A stretch of 64,000 nucleotides of DNA. It comes from Thermoplasmata archaeon (GTDB taxonomy: Archaea; Thermoplasmatota; Thermoplasmata; Lutacidiplasmatales; UBA184). Within the stretch, counting starts at the first letter, position 1. The number at the start of each line of letters is the position of its first letter. The notes below the pieces were generated by a model, which saw nothing but the letters and a program-made list of their open reading frames with translations, was not told the DNA's origin and searched no databases. The stretch lies in NCBI GenBank assembly GCA_033854115.1, contig JAWOKS010000027.1, positions 17,290-81,289 on the forward strand, read 5' to 3'. Made by a program: the position numbers and the translations under genes. Below are positions 8,770 to 19,200 of this stretch, piece after piece.

Positions 8770-10026
8770 GTGGTAGGGCTCGACTCCGGGGACATTGCGT
8801 GGGTCATCACGGCGACCGCGCTCGTCATGGTCATGACCCCCGCCTTGGGGTTCTTTTACGGCGGGCTGGTCCGTCAGAAGAACCTCGTTGCGACGATCGT
8901 GCAATGCCTGATGATCTTCTCCGTCGTGAGCATTGTCTGGGCCCTCTGGGGCTACACGCTCACCTTTGGCCCGGCAGTGGGTGGCCTCATCGGCAACCTC
9001 TCGAAGATTGGACTGTTGCACGTCGGTGAGGCGGCGAACACGGCGTACTCGAGCTCCATCCCGGAGCTGCTGTTCTTCGCGTTTCAGCTGAAGTTCGCCG
9101 CGATCACTCCGGCCCTCATCATCGGAGCCTTCGCCGGTCGGGCGCGGATGAAGGGCCTACTCCTGTTCATCGTGCTCTGGACGACGCTCATCTACGTCCC
9201 GATCGCGATGTGGATCTGGAACCCCGGCGGTTGGCTCCGCGACCTCGGTGTAGTCGATTTCGCGGGGGGCCTAGTGGTCCACACTTCTGCGGGAGTCTCG
9301 GCTGTCGCCGCCGCCCTCGTGCTGGGACAGGGTAAGGACTTCGGCAGGGAAGCTCGCCCCAACAACGTCCCCTACGTCATTCTCGGGACCGCGATTCTTT
9401 GGTTCGGCTGGTTCGGCTTCAACGCCGGGAGCGCGCTCGCTGCGAACGGGCTCGCCGTGAACGCCCTCGTGGACACCAACCTTGCGGCGGCCGCCTCGGG
9501 TGTGAGCTGGATGCTGGTCGACTGGGTGCGCAAGGGCCACCCGACGGCGGTCGGAATGGCCGTGGGCGCGGTTTGCGGTCTCGCGGCGGTTACCCCTGCG
9601 GCGGGATATGTTTCTCCCTCGGCGTCAATCCTCATCGGACTCGCGGCCGGATTGCTCTGCAATTTCGTCGCGGGTTGGCGGGCCCGGTCGACGCTGGACG
9701 ATTCGTTGGACGTGTTCGCCTGCCACGGCGCGGGGGGCATGTGGGGAACCATCGCAACCGGCCTGTTCGCCTCCGTGGCGGTCAATACGGCCGGCCCGAA
9801 CGGTCTCCTGTTCGGTAACCCCCACCAGCTGCTCGTCCAGCTCTTCGGAGTGGGTGTGGTCGCGTCGTTCGCGTTCGTCGGCTCGTATCTCCTGCTCCGG
9901 GCGATCACCCTCATCACGCCCCTGCGCGTCGCCCCTGCGGCGGAGGACGCCGGCCTCGACCTCGCCGAGTTCGGTGAGGAAGCCTACGACCCGTCACGCG
10001 GCCCGAGCGCTACTGGACCGCCCTAG
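8770..10026 (+). CDS. amt: Ammonium transporter (Amt family)
   Basis: DSGDIAW, MTPALGFFYGG, FQLKFAAIT, DFAGGLVVH, WFGWFGFNAGS, DDSLDVFACHG; start placed at GTG 8770. Confidence 0.95.
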   Translation: MVGLDSGDIAWVITATALVMVMTPALGFFYGGLVRQKNLVATIVQCLMIFSVVSIVWALWGYTLTFGPAVGGLIGNLSKIGLLHVGEAANTAYSSSIPELLFFAFQLKFAAITPALIIGAFAGRARMKGLLLFIVLWTTLIYVPIAMWIWNPGGWLRDLGVVDFAGGLVVHTSAGVSAVAAALVLGQGKDFGREARPNNVPYVILGTAILWFGWFGFNAGSALAANGLAVNALVDTNLAAAASGVSWMLVDWVRKGHPTAVGMAVGAVCGLAAVTPAAGYVSPSASILIGLAAGLLCNFVAGWRARSTLDDSLDVFACHGAGGMWGTIATGLFASVAVNTAGPNGLLFGNPHQLLVQLFGVGVVASFAFVGSYLLLRAITLITPLRVAPAAEDAGLDLAEFGEEAYDPSRGPSATGPP

Positions 10027-10450
10027 GAGAGCGAGCCCGATGCCGCGCGGCTGCGATCCGCGGTTCGGGCGGGACTCACTTTCCGACCCGAAGCAACCGC
10101 CCGACGTAGACCGCGCTGGGTCCGAGACTACCGTTCGGCGCCGTAGGACGGCGGGACCTGCTCAGGACGGGCGGTCCGGCGCGTCCCGGCCACGAGAGTC
10201 AGGCAACCGTACCGCACCACTGAGGTGGCCTGTAGCCCCGTCGTGAGCGCAAACTACGGCACCAGAGATGACCAGAAGTTCAACACCGGGAGCAGCCTGG
10301 GCAAGTCCAACCCTTGGAGGCTCGCCAGGAGGCTATGTCGTGGGTTGCAGGGGAGTTCCGTGGGCGAGCATCCCCCAGTGGTTCAAACTTGTGCGAAAGG
10401 GGTTCCTATTCCATGGTGTTGACAAGTGACGCGCTGTACCGTCCGGTCCA

Positions 10451-10672
10451 TCACGACCGAGTCAGCTCCGCCTCTTGCTTGCAGTCGAGAAGGATCAGCT
10501 GACAGGCCCCACACCGCCAGCCGCCGTAGTTGTGCACTCCGATCGAGTGGGGACGGATGGGTAGCATGTCCCCTCTGAGCCACAATCGCTCTTTCTGAGA
10601 ACTGAAGCTGATCCGGGCGTTTGTTCCTACGAACCCGCTCTCCATCGGACTCCTGCACCGTGGGCAACGAGG
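10451..10672 (-). pseudogene. Small zinc-ribbon protein (PF20097/DUF6487-like), apparently lacking a canonical start
   Basis: Frame upstream of ATG 10645 reads PRCPRCRSPMESGFV; C-terminal WRCGACQLIL; ORF track shows no upstream start. Confidence 0.4.
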
Positions 10673-11031
10673 CGCAGAAGGGAGCGCCGTCGATCTCGCC
10701 GACGGCGCCAGGATACTTGAGGTTCGAGGGCAGGGCCGCTCGACCCTGGCGTCCTCGCACGCGGGGCACGGGGTCGTAGCGCTCCTCCGCCACGGGCGAG
10801 CCTCATGTCGAGAAGAACCTGACCCTTGGGCGCATCACGGTGCCGACCGTTCACTCCTGCCGTGGAGCTCGTGGTCGCGGGGGTTTGAGATGAGCGCCAG
10901 GGCTCATCGCCTCCGGGCCGCCCTGCCGGCGCGAACCCCCACGGGAAGCCAATATAGGATGGGGTCCCGGACGGGGGAGCGCCCCGCGCCGAGGCACGCG
11001 GTCTCTCGATGCGGCGTCCTCCCGGTCGAGG

Positions 11032-11045
11032 GGGTTAATCTATCC
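11032..11045 (+). promoter_or_regulatory. Putative TATA box of the first cyclase gene
   Basis: GGGTTAATCTATCC about 25 bp upstream of GTG 11063. Confidence 0.45.
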
Positions 11046-11062
11046 GGGGACGATTCCGGCGC

Positions 11063-13078
11063 GTGGGTGCTCCCCGCCGTCTCGCCGCGATCATGTTCAC
11101 CGACATGGTCGGCTCCACCGCCCTCGGGCAGGTTGACGAGGCGGCTTCTTTGGCCCTGACCGAGGAGATGCGAACTCGCTTGCGGCCGCTCTTCCGGGAC
11201 CACCGCGGGCGTGTGATCAAGACGATGGGGGATGGCTTCCTGATCGAATTCCTGAGCGCCCTCGAGGCCGTGACCTGTGGGCTCGAGATCCAGCGGTCGA
11301 TCCTGGAACGCAATGTCTCGATCCGTCAGGGTCCGCGACTTCTGGTGAGGATCGGCATCCACCTCGGAGACGTGGTGGAGGTGGACGGAGACATTTCCGG
11401 AGATGCGGTGAACATCGCCTCGCGCATCGAGCCCCTCGCGGAGCCGGGCGGGCTCTGCGTCACCGAGCAGGTGTACGCCCAGGTCCGACACAAGGTCAGC
11501 CCCCCGTTCCAGAAGCTCCCGCCGCGCCCTCTCAAAGGGGTCCAGGACCCGATCGATGTCTACGGGCTGGTGCCGACCGAGCGGCCGGACGAGGCGCCCT
11601 CCGGGCGACCCTCCCCGCCGCGTATCGCCGTGCTGCCCCTCGCGAACATCAGCCCGGACCCGAGCGACGAGTACTTCGCGGACGGTCTGACCGAGGAGCT
11701 CATCACCGTGCTCTCCCAGATCCGCGGCCTAAGGGTGATCGCCCGGACGTCGGTCGCGCAGTACAAGGGGTCGACCCGGTCCATCCCGCAGATCGGCCGG
11801 GAGTTGGGCGTGGACTCGATCCTCGAGGGGAGCGTCCGCAAGGCCGGTGACCAGCTCCGGATCACCCTGCAGATGATCGAGGTCGCGACGGAGGAGCACC
11901 GTTGGGCCCACACGTACGACCGGCGCCTGGAGAACATCTTCGCCGTCCAGCGGGAGATCGCCGAGCGCACGGCCGAGACCCTGCGGATCGAGCTCCTTTC
12001 GGCGGAGCGGGACGCTCTGGTGCAGAGGCCGACGACGAGTTCCGCCGCTTACAGCCTCTACCTGAGGGGCCTCCACGCCCTGCGCGCGACCGCCTCGCTG
12101 GACGACGCGGGCGCGGTCTCCTACTTCGAGGCGGCCCTCCGCGAGGACCCGCGCTTTTCCCCGCCGTACTCCGTCCTCGCGAACGTGCTCATCGGCGCGT
12201 CCGGGGAGACGCGACCGAGCCGGGAGGTCCTTCCTCGGGCCCGGGAACTGGTGAACCGCGCGCTCGAGCTGGACCCGGAGTCGTCCGATGCGCACTGCGC
12301 ACGGGGAAACCTCGCGATGCAGGACACCCACGACTGGGAGCTGGCCGAGCAGGAATTCCTGCGGGCGATCGGGCTGAACCCCAGCAGCTCCACGGCCCGC
12401 TTCTGGTTCGGCGTCCTCCTGTTGACCCTGCAACGGACCGTCGAGGCCGAAACGCAGCTCCGCCTCGCGATCGAGCTGGACCCCTTGATCACGGCCCCCA
12501 AGATGGTCCTCGTGCGGGTGTTCATGGCCGACGGGAAGTTCGATCGGGCCCTGGACCTGCTGCGCGCGATCCTCCGCAGCTCGCCGGAGCGCGCGGACCT
12601 CTACAGCGTCTGGACCGGATGGTGCCTTTTCTTGGACGGCCGCCCGGAGGAGGCGCGGCGGGAGGCCGACGCGTGGTTGCCGAAGCAGGACCGCCCGGGA
12701 CACCCGGGGCCGGCACTTCTCCAGGCCGCCCTGGGGAACCCCGCTCCCGCCCGCGCGTGGCTTTCCGCCCTGGAGGGAGGCTCCGCCCCCGGGTTCCACA
12801 CCCTCTCCCATGCGGCCGCGGCCTGTGCGGTCCTCGGAGAAACGCAGAAGGCGTTGGACCTATTGGAACGCGATCTCCGCGAGGGCGAGAGGAACCTGTG
12901 GTTCGTCTACGACTTCCCGTCGTTCGATCCGCTCCGTGCCGAGCCGAGATTCCTCGCGATGCTGAGGTCGATGAACCTTCCCACCACGCCCGGCGCGCGA
13001 AGACTGTGGTCGCGCGCGGTGCCCCGCGGCGGAGCCCCTGCGCTTACCGGGGACAGGCCCTCATCCCCCGGAAGCTGA
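11063..13078 (+). CDS. Class III adenylate cyclase - TolB-N-like - TPR protein
   Basis: RRLAAIMFTDMVGST, VIKTMGDGFL, RIGIHLGDV, DISGDAVNIASR; IAVLPLANIS...YFADGLTEELI; TPR repeats. Confidence 0.92.
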   Translation: MGAPRRLAAIMFTDMVGSTALGQVDEAASLALTEEMRTRLRPLFRDHRGRVIKTMGDGFLIEFLSALEAVTCGLEIQRSILERNVSIRQGPRLLVRIGIHLGDVVEVDGDISGDAVNIASRIEPLAEPGGLCVTEQVYAQVRHKVSPPFQKLPPRPLKGVQDPIDVYGLVPTERPDEAPSGRPSPPRIAVLPLANISPDPSDEYFADGLTEELITVLSQIRGLRVIARTSVAQYKGSTRSIPQIGRELGVDSILEGSVRKAGDQLRITLQMIEVATEEHRWAHTYDRRLENIFAVQREIAERTAETLRIELLSAERDALVQRPTTSSAAYSLYLRGLHALRATASLDDAGAVSYFEAALREDPRFSPPYSVLANVLIGASGETRPSREVLPRARELVNRALELDPESSDAHCARGNLAMQDTHDWELAEQEFLRAIGLNPSSSTARFWFGVLLLTLQRTVEAETQLRLAIELDPLITAPKMVLVRVFMADGKFDRALDLLRAILRSSPERADLYSVWTGWCLFLDGRPEEARREADAWLPKQDRPGHPGPALLQAALGNPAPARAWLSALEGGSAPGFHTLSHAAAACAVLGETQKALDLLERDLREGERNLWFVYDFPSFDPLRAEPRFLAMLRSMNLPTTPGARRLWSRAVPRGGAPALTGDRPSSPGS

Positions 13079-15013
13079 ACGGCGGTCGGGGGACAGGTTC
13101 ATTCCCCGGACCAGGGCGACGAACCGTGGGTCCCCGCGTATCGGGTCGAAATAGGGAGTCAGATAGTTGAACCAGAGACCCCTTTCGCCCGCCCGGTCCT
13201 CGCGCTCCAGGAGCGCCAGGGCCTTCTCGCGCTCCCCGAGCACCGCGTACAGGCCGGCGATCCAAGTGCCCGCGGCGTACTCCTGGAGCCGGCCCTGCTC
13301 CCAGTCCTCGAGCACGGACCGGGCTTCGGAAGCGTCCCCCAGCCAGGCGAGCAGGAGGGCTCGCCCGAACCGGTCGTGGAACGTGGCGGGAGAAGGCAGG
13401 TTCCGGGCGATCGCCTTCGCGTCGTCGGTCCTCCCGCGGAGGTAGTAGACGATCCCCAGGTTGACCCGCGGGTAGGCGAAGGCGGGCGCGCGCCGGACGA
13501 GCTCCTCGGCGAGGGCCAGAGCCTGGTCGAGCCGTGCCGAGGCGAAGTGGGTGTACATCAGGGAGTCGAGATAGGCAAGGCGGTGGGGTTCCAGGTCGAT
13601 CGCGGCCCGGAGCTCCCGCTCCGACTCGTCGAACCGCTGGAGGGTGCGCAGCAGGAGGCCGTACCAGTATCGAGCGAACGCATCGCTCGGCTTGAGCTCG
13701 AGGGCCCGTCGGAATTCTTCCTCGGCGAGCGACCAATCCAGGTCCGCCTGCATCGCGAGGTTGCCCTTCGCGGAATGCGCGTCGGAGGAGTCGGGGTCGA
13801 GCGCGAGGGCTCGTGCCACCAGCTCCCGGGCGCGGGGAAAGACCTCCCGTCCCGGGCTCAGCGCCCCGGCGGCGCCGAGGAGCAGGTGCGCTCGGTACGA
13901 GCACGCGGCGGCGAAGTTCGGGTCCTCGCGGATCGCCTGGTCGAGCAGTTGGCCGGCTCGCTCGAAGTCGACCCTCGTGTACGTTCGATACGCGTGGATC
14001 GCCTGCAGGAACAACCCGTACGCGGCGAGGTTCTGGGTCGGTTGACGTGCGATCGCCTCCCGATCCTGGCTGCCCAGCTGGAGCTTCAGCGCCTCCGCGG
14101 TGCGCTCGGCTACCTCGCGCTGGATCGCGAAGACGTTCTCCAGGCGACGGTCGTACGATTGCGCCCACAGGTGCTCCTCCGTACTCACGTCGACCAGCTG
14201 CATGGTGATGCGGAGCTGGTCTCCGGCCTTGCGAACGCTCCCCTCCAGGACCGTGGCCACGCCGAGTTCACCCCCGATCTGCGCGATCGGCTTGCTGGTG
14301 GCCTTGTACTGGCCGACAGAGGTCCGGGCGATCACCCGCAGGCCTTGGAGCTGAGAGAGAACGCTGATCAGCTCCTCGGTGAGGCCGTCAGCGAAGTACT
14401 CGTCGGCGGGGTCGGGGCTGATGTTCGCGAGCGGCAGGACCGCGAGGCGTGGCGGACCAGGGCGAGCCGCCTCGCGGACGTCGCCGACGGTTGACCACGG
14501 CAGGACGACCCGATAGACGCTCGTCGGCTCGCGAACGCCCTTCAGCGCCCGGGCGCCGAGCGGCTCGAGCGGGTAGGAGACCTTGTTGCGGACCTGGGCG
14601 TGGACCTGCTCGGAAAGGGTCACGCCCCCCTCCTCCGCCAACGGCTGGATCCGGGACGCGACATTCACCGCGTCGCCCGAGATGTCGCCCTTCGACTCGA
14701 CCACGTCCCCGAGGTGGATCCCGACCCTCAGACGGACCGCACGCTCCGGCGGGTGCGTGAGATTGTGCTCGCGTGCCTCGCGCTGGATCTGGACCCCGCA
14801 CTCCAGCGCCTCGAGCGCGCTGGAGAATTCCACCAGGAAGCCGTCCCCCAGGGACTTGACCTCGCGACCGTGGTGTCGACGGAAGATGGGCCGGACGAGC
14901 TTGCGGTGCTCCTCTCCCACCGCGAGCGCGAGGGCCTCGTCCCTCTGAGCCAGGGCCGTCGAGCCCACCATGTCCGTGAACATTATCGCCGCAAGCCGGC
15001 GCAAACGCGGCAC
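13061..15013 (-). CDS. Class III adenylate cyclase - TolB-N-like - TPR protein (paralogue)
   Basis: Same architecture: FTDMVGST, VKSLGDGFL, DISGDAVNVASR, LAVLPLANISPDPADEYFADG. Confidence 0.92.
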   Translation of the reverse strand: MPRLRRLAAIMFTDMVGSTALAQRDEALALAVGEEHRKLVRPIFRRHHGREVKSLGDGFLVEFSSALEALECGVQIQREAREHNLTHPPERAVRLRVGIHLGDVVESKGDISGDAVNVASRIQPLAEEGGVTLSEQVHAQVRNKVSYPLEPLGARALKGVREPTSVYRVVLPWSTVGDVREAARPGPPRLAVLPLANISPDPADEYFADGLTEELISVLSQLQGLRVIARTSVGQYKATSKPIAQIGGELGVATVLEGSVRKAGDQLRITMQLVDVSTEEHLWAQSYDRRLENVFAIQREVAERTAEALKLQLGSQDREAIARQPTQNLAAYGLFLQAIHAYRTYTRVDFERAGQLLDQAIREDPNFAAACSYRAHLLLGAAGALSPGREVFPRARELVARALALDPDSSDAHSAKGNLAMQADLDWSLAEEEFRRALELKPSDAFARYWYGLLLRTLQRFDESERELRAAIDLEPHRLAYLDSLMYTHFASARLDQALALAEELVRRAPAFAYPRVNLGIVYYLRGRTDDAKAIARNLPSPATFHDRFGRALLLAWLGDASEARSVLEDWEQGRLQEYAAGTWIAGLYAVLGEREKALALLEREDRAGERGLWFNYLTPYFDPIRGDPRFVALVRGMNLSPDRRSASGG

Positions 15014-15208
15014 GACTCCCTCAGGGAGAAGCTGGGATTAAAGGCCGTGTCCCGCTCGAACTGAGGCGATTCAGGTCGTGGCAGTGGGTGCGGCCCATGA
15101 TGCGCGCCAATGACGTCGCACGATGGTCCCTCCAGAAACTTGATGCACCGTCCTGCATCTCTTGCGACCTGAGTCGGCCCTGCGTCTCGAAGCAAGGTCG
15201 AACTGGAA

Positions 15209-15925
15209 ATGGGCCCGAATGCCCGCCTCGCTGCCACCCTCGGAACGGCAGTCCCATCGGTCGCGACCATATTCATAGCGTTGTCCATGGGATGGTGGGT
15301 AATCCACACCGACGCGAATCCCTGGACAATTGGAGGCCACGAGTACCATTTCGTCGCGACGTCCACCGACCTGCCGGGCTCGAGCTATCGCACTCAATGC
15401 TGGGTGAACAATACCTCCATGCCGGGGTTCGGATCCCTTTGCGCGGCGGGGGAAGCCCAGGGGTACCTCACTCCGTACTATTCTTCGGGGGAGGGAAGTG
15501 CGAGTCTTGCCCAACTCTACTCAAACCTGTTCTGGGTGGTGTTGCTCTCGGGCGGAGCAGGTGTGGTCGGGGTCTCGGGCGTGGTGGCGCAACCTGCGCT
15601 CGCTCGACGCGTCCCGGCGTTCCCTTTCAGTTTCTTCTGGGCCATCCTGCTCGTCGCAGGGCTCATCGCTGTGGCGACCCCCCTCGGGTTCATGGTCGCG
15701 GAGCCGGGGGCCTACACGACGATCCATCCGGCAACCGCAGTCAACTCGTTCTGGGGAAGCTGTGCTTCCACGACCGAGCCAGGGTACTGTGGACCAAACG
15801 GCACGCAGTCCTGGGGACCCGGAGCCGGCTGGTTTCTCGCCTTCCTAGGAGGGGGCCTCCTTGTGGTCTCGGGCGTTGTGGGTCGAGGAATGGCTCGGAC
15901 TGCGCATCGACCATCGAACCGATGA
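15209..15925 (+). CDS. Four-TM membrane protein, function unknown
   Basis: Four hydrophobic segments, Cys pairs in two loops, C-terminal SWGPGAGWFLAF. Confidence 0.65.
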   Translation: MGPNARLAATLGTAVPSVATIFIALSMGWWVIHTDANPWTIGGHEYHFVATSTDLPGSSYRTQCWVNNTSMPGFGSLCAAGEAQGYLTPYYSSGEGSASLAQLYSNLFWVVLLSGGAGVVGVSGVVAQPALARRVPAFPFSFFWAILLVAGLIAVATPLGFMVAEPGAYTTIHPATAVNSFWGSCASTTEPGYCGPNGTQSWGPGAGWFLAFLGGGLLVVSGVVGRGMARTAHRPSNR

Positions 15926-16163
15926 GAAGGCGTCGTGGGCCGGTTCGGACCACGTAGCCCCCGGTCCACCCTGCAGGATAGGGCGCAAGGCCACGGCAGG
16001 CGGACCCACATGGTGGGCGGCGCTCCTTGAAGTGATTCGGACCTCCTCCTCGGTGGCAGGCCAGTCGTTCATCCCCCCGCCGATCGTTACGCGAGGGGGG
16101 GCCTCTTCTGGGGACCCCCTCCGGACGGAAGGATGCAAATCCGCGGTCGCCCGTGGGGTAACC

Positions 16164-16440
16164 GTGGCTGCCTCGCGGCGCCTTGAGGCGATCACGTTCA
16201 CGGACTTAGCAGATTTCACCTCAACCACGCAGACGGAAGAGCCTCGTGCGTCACGAGTTCTCGAGGACCAGGAACGACTGCTTCGCTCGATCCGAGGGTT
16301 GCATGGTGGGCGCCGAGCAGGATCGATGGGGGACGGCCGGCTAGTCGAGTTCCCGAACGCTCTCGATGCGGTGGAGTGTGCCATCGACCTCCAGCGGCAC
16401 GTTCGCGATCGCAGCGCCCGAGCCGGCAAGACACGGGATT
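16164..16440 (+). pseudogene. Degenerate N-terminal fragment of a third class III cyclase
   Basis: RRLEAITFTDLADFT...GSMGDGRLVEFPNALDAVECAIDLQR matches the two intact paralogues, then breaks off before the VOC gene. Confidence 0.75.
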
Positions 16441-16455
16441 GCGGAGAATCGAACG

Positions 16456-16842
16456 TCAGGCCCGCTTCGAGACTATCTCCACAAGATTCCCGTCAGGGTC
16501 CCTGAAAGTCGCGTTGCGATTGTTGTTCCCCGTGTCGTGAGGAGGCTGTACGGCCGGCACCCCCGCGGCCTTAAGGCGATGGAACGTCGTGTCCACGTCG
16601 CCCGTCCAGAGGACCAGCGCCATGGCTGGGCTTCCTGGAAGGGCATCCACCCCATGCACACGCTTCGCCGCCTCGACCGTCCCCAGTCCCAGGGTAAACC
16701 CTCCGACCTTGAACTCCACATGGGTAGGGGTCCCGGTCTTGGGGGTTCGGAACGTCTCCCTGAGCTCGAGGAGATCCCGGTAGAACCGGATGGCGGCGTC
16801 GATGTCTCGTGTATACAGGTTGACGAGTCCATCTGCGAACAC
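16456..16842 (-). CDS. VOC/glyoxalase-family protein
   Basis: NLYTRDIDAAIRFYRDLL, ATFRDPDGNLVEI. Confidence 0.9.
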   Translation of the reverse strand: MFADGLVNLYTRDIDAAIRFYRDLLELRETFRTPKTGTPTHVEFKVGGFTLGLGTVEAAKRVHGVDALPGSPAMALVLWTGDVDTTFHRLKAAGVPAVQPPHDTGNNNRNATFRDPDGNLVEIVSKRA

Positions 16843-16909
16843 GGTGCCCGTCAGGAGGCGAGGTTACGTATCGGTTTGGGCCGGCCCATTGGGGAACCAC
16901 GCACGCGAT

Positions 16910-17446
16910 TCACCCGCCGGCCGTGCGTCTCGTAAGGTACCTTAGGATCGCGCCGGCCGTCGCCTCGGCAGGACCCGACGCGTCTATCGTCACTCCGCAG
17001 GGAACCTCGGCGACCAACTTGTAGACCTCCTTGACCGCCTGTTCCCCCTGCTGGTTCCCTCCTTGGGGTTCCACGCCGGCAAGAGGGAGGGGCCGCGTCT
17101 TGTCCCGCTCGACGCACACCCGCAACGGTGCCGCCAAAGTGAAGACCTGCAAGCCCCCGTCGGACCGCCCTGCAAGATCGTCGAGTTGCTCCCTCCAATA
17201 GAAACACCCGTCGAAGATCACGGACTGCCCGGCTTCCAGGGATGGTTGGGCCTGATCCGCCGCGATCGCGTTGGCTCTGAGAAAGCTCCGGAGCGAGATC
17301 CTGTCATCATCCCATTCCTCGAGCTCGTGGTCCTCCAGTATCCGGTCGATTGAAATGTAGTGAGCTTCGAGCGTTCGAGCCAGAGTGATGGCGATCGTCG
17401 ACTTCCCGACACCCAGAGGCCCTCGGATTACGACCGAGTAGGTCAT
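16910..17446 (-). CDS. P-loop kinase (AAA_33-like)
   Basis: VVIRGPLGVGKST, VIFDG, CVERDKTR lid; ATG at 17446. Confidence 0.8.
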   Translation of the reverse strand: MTYSVVIRGPLGVGKSTIAITLARTLEAHYISIDRILEDHELEEWDDDRISLRSFLRANAIAADQAQPSLEAGQSVIFDGCFYWREQLDDLAGRSDGGLQVFTLAAPLRVCVERDKTRPLPLAGVEPQGGNQQGEQAVKEVYKLVAEVPCGVTIDASGPAEATAGAILRYLTRRTAGG

Positions 17447-17986
17447 CCCGAGGCCGAACGGTCCGTTCGGGACTATAGCAGCTCTGGTCCTGTCGCGCGA
17501 GGAGCAACCCCACGAGCTGGCCCAAGGGGACCGGCTCACGTGTCAGTCTGATCTCGGTCAGCGTGCACCGTTTTGAGACCGATGCCCCTCGAAGTAATCC
17601 GGGGTCATCCGAGAGGGACGGCAGGACTGGGCGGGGCGTCGTTCCACGTGAGGTTCCAAGTAGAACCAGTCAGGTGAGGGAACCGTGGCCGTTTAGGTGC
17701 GAGACACCCCACAGATTCCCGTCCCGATTCACCTCCTTGGGATTTCGGGAGGCCGGGAGTGTTCCTCCGACTCGCTGCGCTGCTCGAGATCGCGACCTCC
17801 CAGATCCCTCCCTCCGAGACGTTTGCGCGGGTCAGGGCATTCGCGTTGGTGGCTGGAGCCGTCGTCTTCCCCGGGTAGGCCCCGACCCGCCGGCGCACGT
17901 GGACGGCCGACCACCAGGGGCGCGACGAGCAGCAAGGCTGAACGGGCCACACGGCCCAGGGAACACGACGACGACGCGTCGAACGT

Positions 17987-18460
17987 TCACTCCGGCACAC
18001 CGCCAAGAAGTTCACCACAATCGCGACAGTTGGTCGCTCCGGCCGCGTTCAAGGTGCCGCAACGCGGGCAAACGTCCACCGTCGAAGGGACCAGGACGAA
18101 GTGCGGCCCCTTGGGTGTCGAAACGGCCAGCAACCCCCCCGTGAGGCAGAGCGCCATTCCCACGAGGAAGCCGCCCCCGCTGGCAAGCGATGCTGCCGCG
18201 AGAATAAGGACGAGAATCCCCGTCTCGGTCCGTCGGTGGTCCCACCCAAACCGAAGGACGAGACCCAGTCCGAGGAGAATCAGCCCGAGGGTGATCCCGA
18301 GCCCCCCCAACGGCTGGAGGTTGTCCGGATGGGCCTGGCTGAGACCGATCGGGGCGGGATGGCCACTCGTCCAAGCGATTCCCTCGAGCAGGATGAGGAT
18401 GCTTCCGATCAGGATCGCGATGAACGCAGCGACGACCCGTTGGTCCGGAACTTCCACCAA
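17987..18460 (-). CDS. Small membrane protein with C-terminal zinc ribbon
   Basis: Four hydrophobic helices, GGGFLVG, CPRCG...CRDCG; start uncertain (TTG/GTG 18460-18457). Confidence 0.65.
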   Translation of the reverse strand: MVEVPDQRVVAAFIAILIGSILILLEGIAWTSGHPAPIGLSQAHPDNLQPLGGLGITLGLILLGLGLVLRFGWDHRRTETGILVLILAAASLASGGGFLVGMALCLTGGLLAVSTPKGPHFVLVPSTVDVCPRCGTLNAAGATNCRDCGELLGGVPE

Positions 18461-18709
18461 ATGAGTCCCGGGCTGGGGAGACCTGCCGACGGCTGCCGCA
18501 TCTGGCCCTTCATCTCTCGTCGACAAGGACCGCACCCGCGAAGCGAGACCCGGAAGGGCCGCGGCCCAAGTAAGCTTGCTCCAGATCGGGTACCTTGACC
18601 TCGCGCGCCTGCGCGAATGCAAGGTGCGCTACCGCTTGATCTTCGACGGGGTCGCCATCGGCGCGACGACGGATTGACGGCCGGTCGAATCACCCTGCGG
18701 GACGTGACG

Positions 18710-19200
18710 ATGAAGCCTGCCCGGCAGAAGATGCAGAAGTCCGCGACGACCACCACCGAGATAGGCCGGACGTCCGGGGGCTTCACGCCTGAGGAACGAG
18801 CTGCGATGCGGGAGCGCCCTCAGGAACTGAGAGGGGCCTCGCGTCGCGGTCCGGGCGGGGATACCGCAGACGCGGAGAGGGCCGTGCTCGCGAAGCTCGC
18901 CGAGATGCCCGGGCCGGATCGGGCCATGGGCGGAATAACCCAGGGGATCGTCCGGACCCTGGCCCCGGCGCTCTCGCCGAGGCTTTGGTACGGCATGCCC
19001 GCGTACGCCAAGGGCGGCAAGGTGGTCTGTTTCTTCCGTAGCACCTAGAGGTCCCAGGCGAGGTACGCGACGCTCGGCTCTTCGGACGAGGCGAAGCTCG
19101 ACGAACGCGCGATGTGGCCGACCTACTTCGCGCTGAAGGAGCTGACGCCGGTCGAAGAGGCAAGGACCGCTACCCTCCTGAAGAAGGCAGTCGCCGGAGG
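18710..19200 (+). pseudogene. DUF1801/YdhG-like protein interrupted by an in-frame TAG
   Basis: [13 protein letters not shown]...[21 protein letters not shown] at 19046-19048, same frame continues RYATLG...[12 protein letters not shown]...LLKKAV. Confidence 0.8.

Noticed and set aside
17563..17986. Possible decayed secreted-protein gene
   Set aside because: Only scattered plausible fragments in different frames; no family could be assigned
8031..19200. Amber recoding (pyrrolysine or TAG read-through) suggested by three in-frame TAGs
   Set aside because: Intact genes such as amt, the antiporter and dinB end in TAG; the affected genes show other decay; no pyl genes are visible
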